A stretch of DNA of 61,883 bases, filler included. It is 5 parts of 5 records of this genome, joined end to end, with 100 filler letters (N's around TTAATTAATTAA, not from the genome) between each part and the next. Parts side by side here need not be neighbours in the genome. Positions count along the whole stretch, not along the records: positions 1 to 7,858 come from SRR2962707_3014; positions 7,959 to 24,926 come from SRR2962707_3018; 3 more parts are not named here. One strand, written 5' to 3'. Numbering within the stretch: the first letter of the stretch is position 1; each line of letters opens with the position of its first letter. Positions 1 to 10,577 of this stretch are shown here, one piece after another. Under the pieces are notes generated by a model. It was given only the letters and a program-made list of their open reading frames with translations. It was not told the DNA's origin and did no database searches. A program made the translations under genes and the position numbers.

Positions 1-24
1 CTCTCTCTCTCTCTCTCTCTCTCT
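1..24. repeat. (CT)n microsatellite at start of contig 1
   Basis: Perfect CT dinucleotide run read directly. Confidence 0.95.
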
Positions 25-126
25 TCCCGCGTGTGCTGTATTTGTGACCAATGTTGTTGTTAATTTTACTTCTTGAGCAACTCAGACTTCAGTTTGTTTT
101 CCTGTGTTTTGGGTGGTTTTGCACTG

Positions 127-224
127 CTTCGGGCGTGTGTGTGACGGCGTGCATAGGACTGGGTGCGCTCACCGACTTCGGGCGTGTGTGTGACGGCGTG
201 CACGGGACTGGGTGCGCTCACCGA
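127..224. repeat. 49-bp tandem duplication (2 copies) upstream of the helicase gene
   Basis: cttcgggcgtgtgtgtgacggcgtgca[ta/cg]ggactgggtgcgctcaccga at 127-175 and 176-224; two mismatches. Confidence 0.9.
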
Positions 225-341
225 CACGCAGTGCTTGTTCGTTTTCTTTGAACTTTCAAAACTGGTCGCTGCCTTTTTCGCCCGCTTATTTACGGCGTGA
301 TTCGCTGCGAAACTCCGCACACCGCACTCACGAGCTGCGCA

Positions 342-3300
342 ATGGCGGCCGCGGCGAGTGCCACCATTATGCAGGAGGAGTCTTCTGTGGTGTGGCAGGA
401 CTTAGTCCAGCGTGTGGCAACGAACCCAGAGAAGTTGCTCGATCTGCAACGTCTAATGACGGTCCTTGTTGTGAACGGAGCTGCAGAGCTTGCCCAACTC
501 CCCCGCGTTGTAGGAGATGTGAAGATTGAAGGTAGCTCTGATTTAGGGGCCAAAGTCTTGGACGAAGTCGAACCTACTGGTGTTGGAGCCGTGAAACTAG
601 CTCCCCCTCCATCGTTGATGCTTCAAAGAGGCGGAAGTTCACGCCGTGGAAAGCCGCAGACCTATGGGCGCGCTTTCGAACCGGTCGTGATGAGTCGAGC
701 GGTGGTTTGGAACCACGGCACCGAGTGCGCATGGGTGACTCCACTCGCGCTTTATCCCGAGGAGGTGGCCCCGTTTCAGGTGTACATTGGGACTGATCGC
801 CAGCCCCTCGATCACATTGCTAGCCAAGCAGAGCCATTGTGTATTCGGCCAGGAGAGTCAATTCCAGTTGAGATTGTAGCGAAGGCACCAAAGCTGACGC
901 CCGGCATGCCGCTCAAGAATGTGTTGGCGCGTGAGTGGCTCATGTTCCATGTGTCCGTACGATCCGCAAAAGCACACTTCGACGCAAAAACCTCATTGAC
1001 GAGAGAACCGTGGGAGATCACGGCCTGCATGGCCGGTGGCTCGGGGGGTGGTAGCAGGGAAGGTAGTGAAGAAACTGCTGGTTTGCCAGCGCGTGCCTGC
1101 GCTTCGCTGATTGGAATTCGAGCAGTCATACTTTGGACACGGAGTGCTGCTCAAGCGCAGACGCTGAATAAGCAAAGCAAACCCTTCGTGCCCCGGCGGC
1201 TGAAAAATGCATTTTCGTCCCATCCTGTTGCGTTTTATCCGTTGGGTCCCATTGACCCTGTCCCTGCCAATTTGCGTCGAATGAAGCACATTGTTGGAGT
1301 GAGCGATCAGTACGTTTCAAGGTGTCATTTCAAGTATTGAAACCAGGTTGAGACGGCAAGTAAAGGATAAGGTTTGATTATTTGCAAAACCACTTTTGTC
1401 GTGTTGCATCGTAGCTTCCGGAGATTCTTTGGCGGATTGACGGATGCAGGGATGGAGCACGCCCTCAAGAAATTGCGAACGGATCTGGTGGCCAACGCGG
1501 CCCATTTTGGCATTGAAGCACGCAACGCATGTGAGGCTGCCAGCGAAATGCCACGGCATACTTCCCGCTCATTCAGCAACAGTGCCAAGGGTTCTCGCTC
1601 TGCGAATAACCTTGGGATTGGCCGCGCCGCTGCGTGGGAAGCCATGCATCAATTCAGCGCACTCTGGAATACTCTTTTGGATCTTGTGCGTTGCTGAGCT
1701 TTCTCAACCACCTGTGTGAAAACTCGGTGAATTGTATATGTATATACATATATTTTTTTGCTACCGACATACCAATTGACTCCAAGTACACTGGGCTCTG
1801 TGACTTCCAGGAGGAATTGCAAATGCAGGTAGACATATGCGAATACGACCTTCACTATGCGGCGCTCTCCCTGCCTTCGAAGGACGCACAAGTTGGGGTG
1901 CTGACAGTCCCCGGTGCTTCGGAGTATCGACCAGCATGCTTGTTTGGAGACATCGTGCGTGTGCGCGTTCCTTGCACGCAACGCGTGAATGGCGCCGCCA
2001 AAGTTGCTCCTGCGTGTTACGAGTTTCAGGTGCGCAGCCGAGCCGCGTGTACTGTGCCGTTATTATGGTTTGCCCCCTCGTCGACCCCTGCGCCATGCAA
2101 CCGTCAAAACTTCGCACAAACTTGGGAACAGGCTGCGATTGTGGACCGCAAAAAGTCGGATCAGGTTATCATCGTCCTTGACACAAAGAACCTCCATGAA
2201 ATTTGTGCAAGCGATCATTCTGTGGTTGTGCACGTGAGATTCAACTACCCCTCGCGAGGCGTGATGCTAATGCGAAGAGCTCTTGATGTACGCGTTGCAG
2301 AGTGGCCAAAACCACAGCAATTATTGTGTCGCCTTTCTGCGTTTGGACATCAGTGTCTCACTTTGCTCTCCCTGATTAGATTTTGCTGAACCATGAACGG
2401 GAACTAGCATTGTCCTTGGTGCTTCCGCCAGCAATACCGCGCAAGTACATTTGCCAGGCGCATGCGCATCAACGAGCGTGTACCGAGCACAGAAAGCGGT
2501 ATGTTTTTTTGTTTTTTATTTTTTTTCCGCCTGCAGAAGATGACACGACCAGGAGCGTTGAAATGGTGATGTTCCCAGATTTAATCCCCTGCGCTCCTCT
2601 GGCTTTCTGTTGTTGACAAACGCAACATCGTTTTGGGTTCAGGTGGCAATGGTTTCAGCCAGGCTTGAACGAAGAACAGCGCATGGCTGTGCAGGGCCTT
2701 CTTTGCGACCGGCCTGCGGATATGCCGCACGTGCCTTTTTTACTAACTGGGTCTGTTTTTGCATGCACGTTGATGTGATACGTCAGACAAAATTACTTGG
2801 TAGCACATGACGCACTTCACGTTTATTTGTTCTTGGTAGCCCCGCGGGAACCGGAAAGACAGTCGTTGTGGTGGAGGCAGTGTTGCAAGCCCTGCTTTTG
2901 GGGTATCGAGTTGCTGTTTGCGCTCCATCAGATGCAGCTGCTGATGTTCTTGCGGAGCGACTTCGGTACGTCGTGTCAAAATGGTGTTGACCTGACGACT
3001 GGCTGCACACTCTACCTCGTGTTCTCAACTGCCGTCGACCCCTTCTCAGACCTTTCCTGATATCGTGGAAATCTCCGGAAGCTTGGAAGTCACCAAACGC
3101 ATGGTCCACGCGTGGTACTAAAAAGTCCATGCGTACGCCCCTGGATTTTGCAACCCAAGCAAGTCGTCTACTGTTGCTGTCAGATCGTGTGCTGTATGCC
3201 GCCGTGGGTTGTGTGTGAACCAACTGGCAAGGCGCGCCAACCTCCCGTAATGTGGTTTGCCCTGTCTGATTGCAGCACCGCATTCGTCACGAGGGGCCAC

Positions 3301-5300
3301 ATGGCTCAATGCTGCGCTTTAACACGTTCTCGCGCATGCCGAGCGAGGTTCGCCCCGCAGTTTTATCGTATTGCTGCACAAATTCAAGGAATTTGTTTTC
3401 CATTCCGTCGCTTTCCGAGAAGCCAACATGCGCTGAAGCTCGAGAAATTCTGCGCGAAACAAGCGTCATTGTGGCAACTTGCGCATGCATCAGTGAATTG
3501 TGAGTGCAAAAGTGGCGAAATCATGTTCTGCACCTTTGGGTCGGTGGGCCTGGATTTAGTGATGCATTTCCCCTGACCATCACGCTCTGCGACAGGTGCG
3601 GCAGTTTTGTTGTCCCAGACGACTTTGGGCTTCTGGTCGTTGATGAAGCAGCACAAGCCACCGAACCTGAGACACTATGTGCGTTGACCTCAGCCGGCCG
3701 CAAAACAAAGGTATGTCTGATAAATGACGCAGTCGAATTCCGATCGGCCAACGCCCTGCATTTTTGACCCAATTGCATACTCTTAAACAAGGTCCTCTTG
3801 AGTGGTGACCCGTTCCAGCTCGGCCCGTCGCTCCGTTCCACTGCTGCCACAAGATTGGGACTTGACGTTTCGCTGTTGGCTCGTCTGCTGAAACGGCGAA
3901 GATACTCTAATCCATCGAGAAAATTGCCGAAATGCGTTTGTTTTGTTGACTCTATTCGTTTGTGCAAAAACTATCGCTCCCACGAGGTTGGTTTCGTGAG
4001 CAACAACAACGAGGGGTTTTGTTGTCGTCAGCGTTGTCTGTGGCCTCATTGCGTCGACAACTGTGTGTGTGATTGCATTGAAGGCTCTTCTCCGCCTCCC
4101 TTCAAAGCAGTTCTACGGCAATGAACTTCAGGCGCTTGCGCGTCCAGAAAGCGTGAATTACATGCAGCAATGGCACGAGCTGGCGCGGGATGAAGGTGGC
4201 GTACTCGAGGACAGATGGCGTCGCGCGGACCCCGCGGAAAGGGAGACCATTGAGTGCGCGAAGGAAGACGCACGAGTAGCTGAATGTGTGCATCCGCCAT
4301 GCCCGCTTGTGTTCGTTGGTGTGGATGGCCGCCAAGACAACAAAGTGGATTCGCCCTCGTTCTTCAACCAGGCCGAGGCGGTCAAAGTGTGTGACATCGT
4401 CGGAGCTCTTGTCCGTGCACAGGGCGTGGACACTGTAACCACCAATAGCATCGGCGTTCTCACATCGTACCGCATGCAGGTGCGTCAAATTGAAGCCTCG
4501 TGTTGCACGGCATTGCGAATTTGAATTGTGTTGTGACAATTTTGGGTGTCTGTCGCCAGGTGGCCCTGATTCGACGTCTGTTGCGTAATGCTGGCCATGG
4601 CGCAATTCGAGTTGGAACAGTTGCCGACTATCAAGGACAGGAAGAAGACATCATTGTCGTGTCGACTGTTGAAACAACAAAGATTAAAACTGCTGTGCTG
4701 CGCAATGGTTTTATTGGCAATCCTGGACGCTATAATGTTGCAATCACTCGAGGAAAGGCGCTGGCGATAATTGTTGGAAATCCCAATTATCTGGTATGAT
4801 GATTTTCGCTCACGTTCGATTGATTTCCGTTTCACACACATGTAACTATATGTTTGCCGCTGTTGTGTCTCAGGTTCAAGACCCTCTATGGCGCCAGCTT
4901 TTAGAACTGTGTATCCGTGAAGGATCCTACCGCGGATGCCCTTGTTTAGATCTTGGGCTTACTGTGCGTTTGTGCCGTTTTCAGCTGGACTTGATTTTTC
5001 GCACCGTGTGAACTGCTGTGTAACCCCAACACTGCTCCGCCATATTCGTGTAGGAGCAAGCGGATGAAACCATGGCGGGTATTGTCGAGTACCTCCATAA
5101 TAGGATCCGCTCCAATCCTCGTGTTCTGGGGTGAGGACGCCTCGATATGTTTCAATTGTACCGGCTGATGCCTTGTCGCTTCGTGACTTTGTGCTCAGAA
5201 GTTGTGGGTACGGATTGTGTGTTGTTGCAGACGCGGTAACGTCCAAGATATGTTCCCCGACGAAAGTTTCTACAATCGGGAAATGGAGTGGAGAGTGTAG
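342..5300 (+). CDS. MOV10: MOV10/SDE3/Armitage-like superfamily-1 (Upf1-like) RNA helicase, ~16 exons
   Basis: Proposed exons: 342-1309, 1415-1685, 1811-2029, 2132-2287, 2380-2498, 2643-2750, 2840-2965, 3050-(3158 or 3203), 3276-3499, 3596-3710, 3792-3986, 4084-4479, 4560-4793, 4874-4963, 5054-5130, 5231-5300. Spliced helicase motifs: Q motif LNEEQ, Walker A LLTG|PAGTGKT (intron 2751-2839 splits the first Gly codon), Ia CAPSDAAAD, II VVDEAAQ, III GDPFQLGP, LCKNYRSH, V GTVADYQGQE, VI RYNVAITRGK. MOV10-type signatures: LLDL|EELQMQVDICEYDL, VPGASEYRPACLFGD and C-terminal DPLWRQLLELC..GSYRGCP. Confidence 0.9.
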
Positions 5301-5786
5301 CTTCCAGCCAAGTTGGATCTGGAAACTTACTCCTATGCATTCGTGATTTCGTCCTTTAAAACAACGTACGCGTCTGCTCCCACTTTGCACGGGTGAACGG
5401 TCAGGCATTACTGCTGCTTCCATTGTCGTGGACGAGGTCTTCGCTTCAACCTTGATTCAATTCCACGTCAATTGCCGGCAGCGCACTTCGAGTGTACCAA
5501 AATGCGGTTTGCGGCCATTATAGCTTCCTTTGCCTGAAATATTGTGCTGATTGAGAATTTCAAAGTGGCGCTGCCTCGAAACACCTTTTCAAGCAAGAAT
5601 TATAAATTAAAACAACGTGTCCTGGTTGGTGGCGGTCGTGAATTTACACACGCCTTTACGCCCTCTGAACAAGCTTATCTCGTGACAAACTCAAGACAAT
5701 TTACGAGCGAGTGTCTACTCTTTAAATTTGCTGCGGGCGCGAACCGTTGCTGAGAAAAAAGCGTTGCGTCATCACAAAGTGAAATA

Positions 5787-7711
5787 TCAGTATCTCCAGC
5801 GTTCTAGCTCTGGCAAGCATGGGGCATCAAGGTATTTTTTGCGCATGAAGTAGAGAATTGAGGCTGGGTGCGGCCCCACCTCTGGGTCACCGCCTGGCAC
5901 TTCACCATTGTCGCTCCCTACCGTGGAACAATGTGAAATCAATACACTTTCAGAGCTCCTGCACAAACGTTCGGGGGCATGCAGCTTCGCAACCCACCAT
6001 AAAGATCTGGATTCAGCCACACTTTGTGGTCATCGCTATCCACGTAAAACGGTCGGTCAACCGGTGTGACATTCATAGTTTTCATCACAGATGTTCCATT
6101 GTCATTTGCAAGTGCGTTCCGCATTGTTCGGAACCTGCAACACAAAAGCCGAGATTCAAGAGCAAAGCTACTGCGCTCGGCATCAATCCTAGACATCTAC
6201 AGCAGTGGCGGTGCTGGTGCGCGCTCAACTGGAACGAACTGGTCTCTTGTCAACTCAAGTACTTCTCCAGGCGGGAGATCAACTGCGAAGTCATTGCCGA
6301 GCTCCATCGAATCTGCTTCCACACTAGCTGATCCCCCTGCTCCATCAACTCCATCGGATGGCGACCTGAGCCCGCTGGCGTTGCTCTCATTTCCAACACT
6401 TCCGTCGATAGAATCGCCTTCGGATCCTTGCAACGGAATGCTGATCTTGAGCGGAGCCGCGGTTGCTATTGCCTGTCATCACCATGCAAGACCAAGAAAC
6501 GTCAGCTAACACTTGGGGTTTTCGCCTTCGTCCGTGTAAGGTTCGATCAGCAAGGACACACACCTGGGATATAGCCTCTACCCCTACGATAATCATCAAC
6601 AGACACAGCGCAAGAGCCACTTTACTTTGCTTCAAACCGTACAATGTCAACAAAACTTTTTTGAGCGCCCATGGCATATAGGCAGGCCCTCCGCAACATG
6701 GTCGCTGACGTACAAATGGCTTTTTCTCTTGGAGTGCTGGCCACGAAAATGTGATCAACAACAGAGTTGTTGAAGCCATCGCGCAGCCGAAAAAAAGTTG
6801 GCTCACCCTCAACCTCAGATACTTCAGCACCATAAACTGGCATGAAGCCGACCACAGGCTTGTTGATTTGAGAATACCTGTGACCGCGACGAAACAGCCA
6901 AAGAACAACGACGGAATCCACCAAGTAAGCACTCACCACAACTCAGTTCTACCACAAGTAATTTTATAACACAGTATGAAACAAACACGGTAGGACACGC
7001 ACTCGATGCGGTTGCTCCACAAGGCCACCTGCCGCTGCATTGCGAGCTGTGACTTCGTTCCTATTTTCTTGAGCAGTCCAACCTTGAACAATCAATTCAC
7101 CCCCAAACAAAACCCGCAGAGGTGAGTCCACAGTGAGCAGTGATCTCAAAACCCAGGAGGAAGCAGCACTACTTTCACACCAACACAGTTCGACCGCTAG
7201 ATCCACACAGCCCAATCACCAAATCTTTACACCCAATCCGGCCCCACAAAGATCTACAGCAATTGTGAGTCTGTGGTGGACCTACGAAGCAGGGAAGCTT
7301 CGTAGGTCAACCACAGCTGAGCCACAAGGTCCGCACCGCTCAAACACTCGACCTCCACAGCCCTACCGTTGGATCTACGTCTAGATCTACACAGCTCCAC
7401 CGCTCAGTAACAACGCAGCTCGCCCACAAGTCACATTCAATTCTGCTACTGTACGGATATCCACCGCCCATTCACAAGACCCCCGCGGCTCCCTCCCTCC
7501 CTCAAGCACTGCCTCCCTCCCTCAAGCACTCCCTCCCTCCCTCAAGCACTCCACAAACCTTGATCGGTGTGATCTCCTCGACGTGGTCGGAAGCCACGCT
7601 GCTGTCTTCCCACACGTGGTATCCATGTCTCAGGAAAAAGTACTCGCGGGCGTGCGACTTGGAGTTGCAAGACACCGCCCCTGCCCTTGCACGACTCTGC
7701 TCGGTGCCCAT
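5787..7711 (-). CDS. Putative N-myristoylated PH-domain protein (~305 aa, 7 exons including a 20-nt micro-exon)
   Basis: Exons (minus): 7711-7559, 7082-7003, 6877-6714, 6583-6564, 6472-6240, 6134-5998, 5917-5787. All introns GT-AG, all phases compatible, total 918 nt. Spliced product MGTEQS...PIK|VGLLKKIGTKSQLAMQRQVALWSNRIE|YSQINKPVVGFMPVYGAEVSEVEGEPTFFRLRDG...HIFVASTPREKAI|WVEAISQ|AIA matches the PH pattern including the C-terminal helix Trp. The last two exons are less certain. Confidence 0.78.
7271..7316. other. Near-perfect 20-bp-stem hairpin in intron 1 of the PH gene
   Basis: ctgtggtggacctacgaagc - agggaa loop - gcttcgtaggtcaaccacag; 19/20 positions pair. Confidence 0.85.
7491..7550. 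repeat. 20-bp tandem repeat x3
   Basis: (c/g)cctccctccctcaagcact at 7491, 7511 and 7531, just inside the 5' end of PH-gene intron 1. Confidence 0.9.
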
Positions 7712-7833
7712 GCTCCGCCGCCGACACAAGCCGACGACGATCCACGTGCGTGAGATTCACGCGCACCAGCGAGCAAGCGGCGCTCTTTTCAGAACACAAG
7801 GACAAGCGAGAGCGAGTTTGTGTTTCTGCTCGA

Positions 7834-7858
7834 TGTGTGTGTGTGTGTGTGTGTGTGT
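7834..7858. repeat. (TG)n microsatellite at contig end
   Basis: Read directly; abuts the N spacer. Confidence 0.95.
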
Positions 7859-7958
7859 NNNNNNNNNNNNNNNNNNNNNNNNNNNNNNNNNNNNNNNNNN
7901 NNTTAATTAATTAANNNNNNNNNNNNNNNNNNNNNNNNNNNNNNNNNNNNNNNNNNNN
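7859..7958. other. Artificial contig-joining spacer
   Basis: 44 N + TTAATTAATTAA (stops in all six frames) + 44 N; identical structure occurs four times. Confidence 0.97.
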
Positions 7959-8037
7959 CCCCCCCCCCCCCCCTCCCTCTCATAACTTGACCCTCTCCAG
8001 CGCATCGCGGCCGACGGCCATTCTGTTGTACAAAGGA

Positions 8038-9876
8038 ATGACGACATCCGTTTTGTCTCCTTTCATGTCTGCATCCAACGACGACAGTCTCGGAGACCTC
8101 GGGTCGCCTCCGCGGCTCACGCGCTGCGACTCGGCCACTTTCCGCGGGGATGCGGGTGGCCTCACCTCGGACAACGTCTGGGCTTTCACAGCCCGGCAGA
8201 GCCCGCTTGCCCGCTACCTCAGCGCCAGATCTCCGCGAGTGGACGACCACATTGATGAAATCGACGACACCCCACGCGACACAGTCACGGCTTCTTCGCT
8301 CGCCAACGACCCCGATCGAACGACTGCACCGGCAGCCGCCGCACCCCGCACGAAGCCTGCGTCGCTGGGTGCGCCACCATCGCTCGGCATGTCTGGCAGT
8401 AAATCTCCTGGCTTTTTGGGAGCTCCCGTTGGCTTTCTGGGCCGATACCAGTCCCCGAAACCGCTCAGTGGCGACGGAAAGGTTCCCAGGGACTTCTTAA
8501 TGAGGTCGCCCACAAATGCTGGTGCAGGCCGAGCTGCTATCGGCAATTCGGCCGCCCCCTCCGCAGGTATGGCTTCTCGGCAACTGCCCGTAGCCCTCAA
8601 CTTTGCTGCAATGTCCGAGAAAAACAACCCGAAATATGGACAATTGAGATCGTCAAGCACTGATATCATGAGCCGTTTTGCGGATGGCTCCTCCCCTTTC
8701 TCGGCCATCGACTCAAACTCTCAACCGCTGGGGCCTGATCAGGACGATGACCCGGACACCCCACATCTGAGTGCTGGAACTGGGCTGGGTATGGGCATGG
8801 GCATGAACATGGGTATGGGTATGGGCATGGGAATTGGCCTTGGAGCGGGGTCTCTGTCATCTCGCCCAGGCAGCAGTTCTGGACTCGGCTTGGACACCAC
8901 GGGCATGGGGTCATTGTTTGCCAGCCTAGATTCAAGCTCGACTGGAGGAGATGCCCTCTTTGCACCGCATCAGGCAGCTGGCAGTGCCAGCGCACGAAAC
9001 TTGACTCGAGACGCACGACGCCGCGGCGGCGGTGACGGTGACGGTGGTGTTGGCACCGCCACCATCGCCACTGCTGAAGCTGCTCAAATGCAACGCCGCT
9101 CCTCGTTCAACGCGTTTGATTCGCTAAGCCCGTCAGAACCGCAACATGGCTCCGCACGATCCTTGTCCATGCCGGTGCCCGCGTCGCTTCCCATGTCACT
9201 CGCCGGGGCCTCGCCTCGGGCTCGGACGAAGCGATCCCGCAGCGCAAGCAGCCCTTCAGTCACACACAAATCCAGCGATCGTAAGAAAGTTATGCGTACC
9301 TCTGGAGGTGTGAGAAGTAGTACCAGCAGTCCGCGCCGCCCTCGAAGCAAAAGCACCGGGCGGCAACGCACTCGCAGCCGCAGCAACAGCAGCGGGCGTG
9401 GACCAGGAGGGGGAACGCTGGGGGGCCACGGTGTGGGCCGCGTCCCGCTCCCTGTTCTCACCGAGGAGCAGTTGGAGCGTCTTGCAAGCATGGAGGTCAA
9501 GAAAGGGAAGTGGAGCCCAGAAGAAGATAAAGCCCTCGCTCGGCTTGTCGACAAATATGGTGACCATGAAGCGTGGAAGCACATTTGCCTTGAACTTGGT
9601 GGGCGCAACACAAAGCAGTGCCGGGAGAGATGGAACAACCATCTGGACCCGACTTTGCGCCACGGCGATTGGAGCCCGGAGGAAGACGAGGTCATTGAAA
9701 CCATGCGCAAGCAAGGGGCTGGGTGGGCCGAAATTGCCAAGAAGCTGCAGGGCCGCACGGACAACAAAGTTAAGATCAGATATCACTCCATCGTTCGCCG
9801 AAAGGCGCGCGAGCAACAGCAGCAACAGCAACAGCCACAGAACGATGGGTCTCCTTTTGCGCAGAAAAAGAAGTGA
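8038..9876 (+). CDS. R2R3-type Myb DNA-binding transcription factor (Myb repeats C-terminal; possibly 5'-incomplete)
   Basis: KKGKWSPEEDKAL...WKHI...GRNTKQCRERWNNHLDPTLRHGDWSPEEDEVI...GWAEIAKKLQGRTDNKVKIRY at ~9500-9785. Preceded by a long disordered S/G/P-rich region with a (GM)n run and followed by polyQ. First ATG is 8038, but a pyrimidine tract + CAG at 7998-8000 suggests an upstream exon lost at the contig break. Confidence 0.9.
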   Translation: MTTSVLSPFMSASNDDSLGDLGSPPRLTRCDSATFRGDAGGLTSDNVWAFTARQSPLARYLSARSPRVDDHIDEIDDTPRDTVTASSLANDPDRTTAPAAAAPRTKPASLGAPPSLGMSGSKSPGFLGAPVGFLGRYQSPKPLSGDGKVPRDFLMRSPTNAGAGRAAIGNSAAPSAGMASRQLPVALNFAAMSEKNNPKYGQLRSSSTDIMSRFADGSSPFSAIDSNSQPLGPDQDDDPDTPHLSAGTGLGMGMGMNMGMGMGMGIGLGAGSLSSRPGSSSGLGLDTTGMGSLFASLDSSSTGGDALFAPHQAAGSASARNLTRDARRRGGGDGDGGVGTATIATAEAAQMQRRSSFNAFDSLSPSEPQHGSARSLSMPVPASLPMSLAGASPRARTKRSRSASSPSVTHKSSDRKKVMRTSGGVRSSTSSPRRPRSKSTGRQRTRSRSNSSGRGPGGGTLGGHGVGRVPLPVLTEEQLERLASMEVKKGKWSPEEDKALARLVDKYGDHEAWKHICLELGGRNTKQCRERWNNHLDPTLRHGDWSPEEDEVIETMRKQGAGWAEIAKKLQGRTDNKVKIRYHSIVRRKAREQQQQQQQPQNDGSPFAQKKK

Positions 9877-10577
9877 TTGTGGAACTTGGCCGCTTGCTCT
9901 CGACACCAAAAAATGGCGGCGCTTGAAGCTGCTCGGTTCGAATTTTCAAGTGGCAGAAATGCTTGATTGTGGATCTCGCAGAGAGTGTTTGAGGGCAGCC
10001 ATTCCTGCACCATTCTTCTTTTTTCAGATGAATGGCGCGCAGATGTGCCCTCAGTGTGAGTGAATATATATTGTATGAGTTATTGAACGGATTACCGATC
10101 CGACTGGCGTGCCAAGGTGTATTTAAAAACTTATTCGTACAAAGTGAACTTTCTCCAGTAGGCGCGTATGAATCACGTCATTCGACGGTTATTCAAACTG
10201 CCATGTGCACAAAGTCTGCGGAGGACCAAGCTGCCCACGCACACTCGCTCGCGCTCATGCAATTTTTGTGACGAGCTGCTTTACATGCTTCCCCAATTCC
10301 AGGTTTCGTTGCGCTGTGCATGAAACGCAGAGTTCGTCTGACAAGGCATGCCTTGGACGGTTGAACTTGAGGCTTTACGTTGATTTACATGAGTGTCGAT
10401 ACTAGCGTCTGCTGCACTCTACATGTTCCGGCGCGGTTTTTGCTGCATGCATGCCTCATGGAGAGTGCACTTGGAGTGGCTTTGGTGGTGCATCGAAAAA
10501 TGCTAAATTATGCGTTGGATAAAAAATCCCAAAGTGCATGATAGTAAACATGCAGAGAATAATAATACAAGTGCAAC

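Noticed and set aside
5939-6433. Pseudogene or stop-codon readthrough (in-frame ORFs 6197-6433 and 5939-6196 separated by TAG)
   Set aside because: The TAG lies inside a 105-nt GT-AG intron (6239-6135) of the PH gene model.
6937-6948. Possible 12-nt micro-exon (AG|AACTGAGTTGTG|GTGAGT) in the PH gene
   Set aside because: It would leave ~55-60-nt introns, shorter than the others here. Direct splicing gives the better PH strand (NRIE|YSQ). Not excluded as a minor isoform.
7271-7384. Helitron 3' end (hairpin + CTAG)
   Set aside because: The nearest CTAG is ~65 nt from the hairpin, too far for the usual arrangement, and there is no Rep/helicase sequence.
7491-7550. CRISPR-like array (also 127-224 and 61756-61792)
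   Set aside because: Head-to-tail repeats without unique spacers, eukaryotic context and no cas genes.
7903-7914. TTAATTAATTAA as a biological motif (piggyBac TTAA target, palindrome)
   Set aside because: It is always centred in exactly 44+44 Ns and supplies six-frame stops, so it is a synthetic linker.
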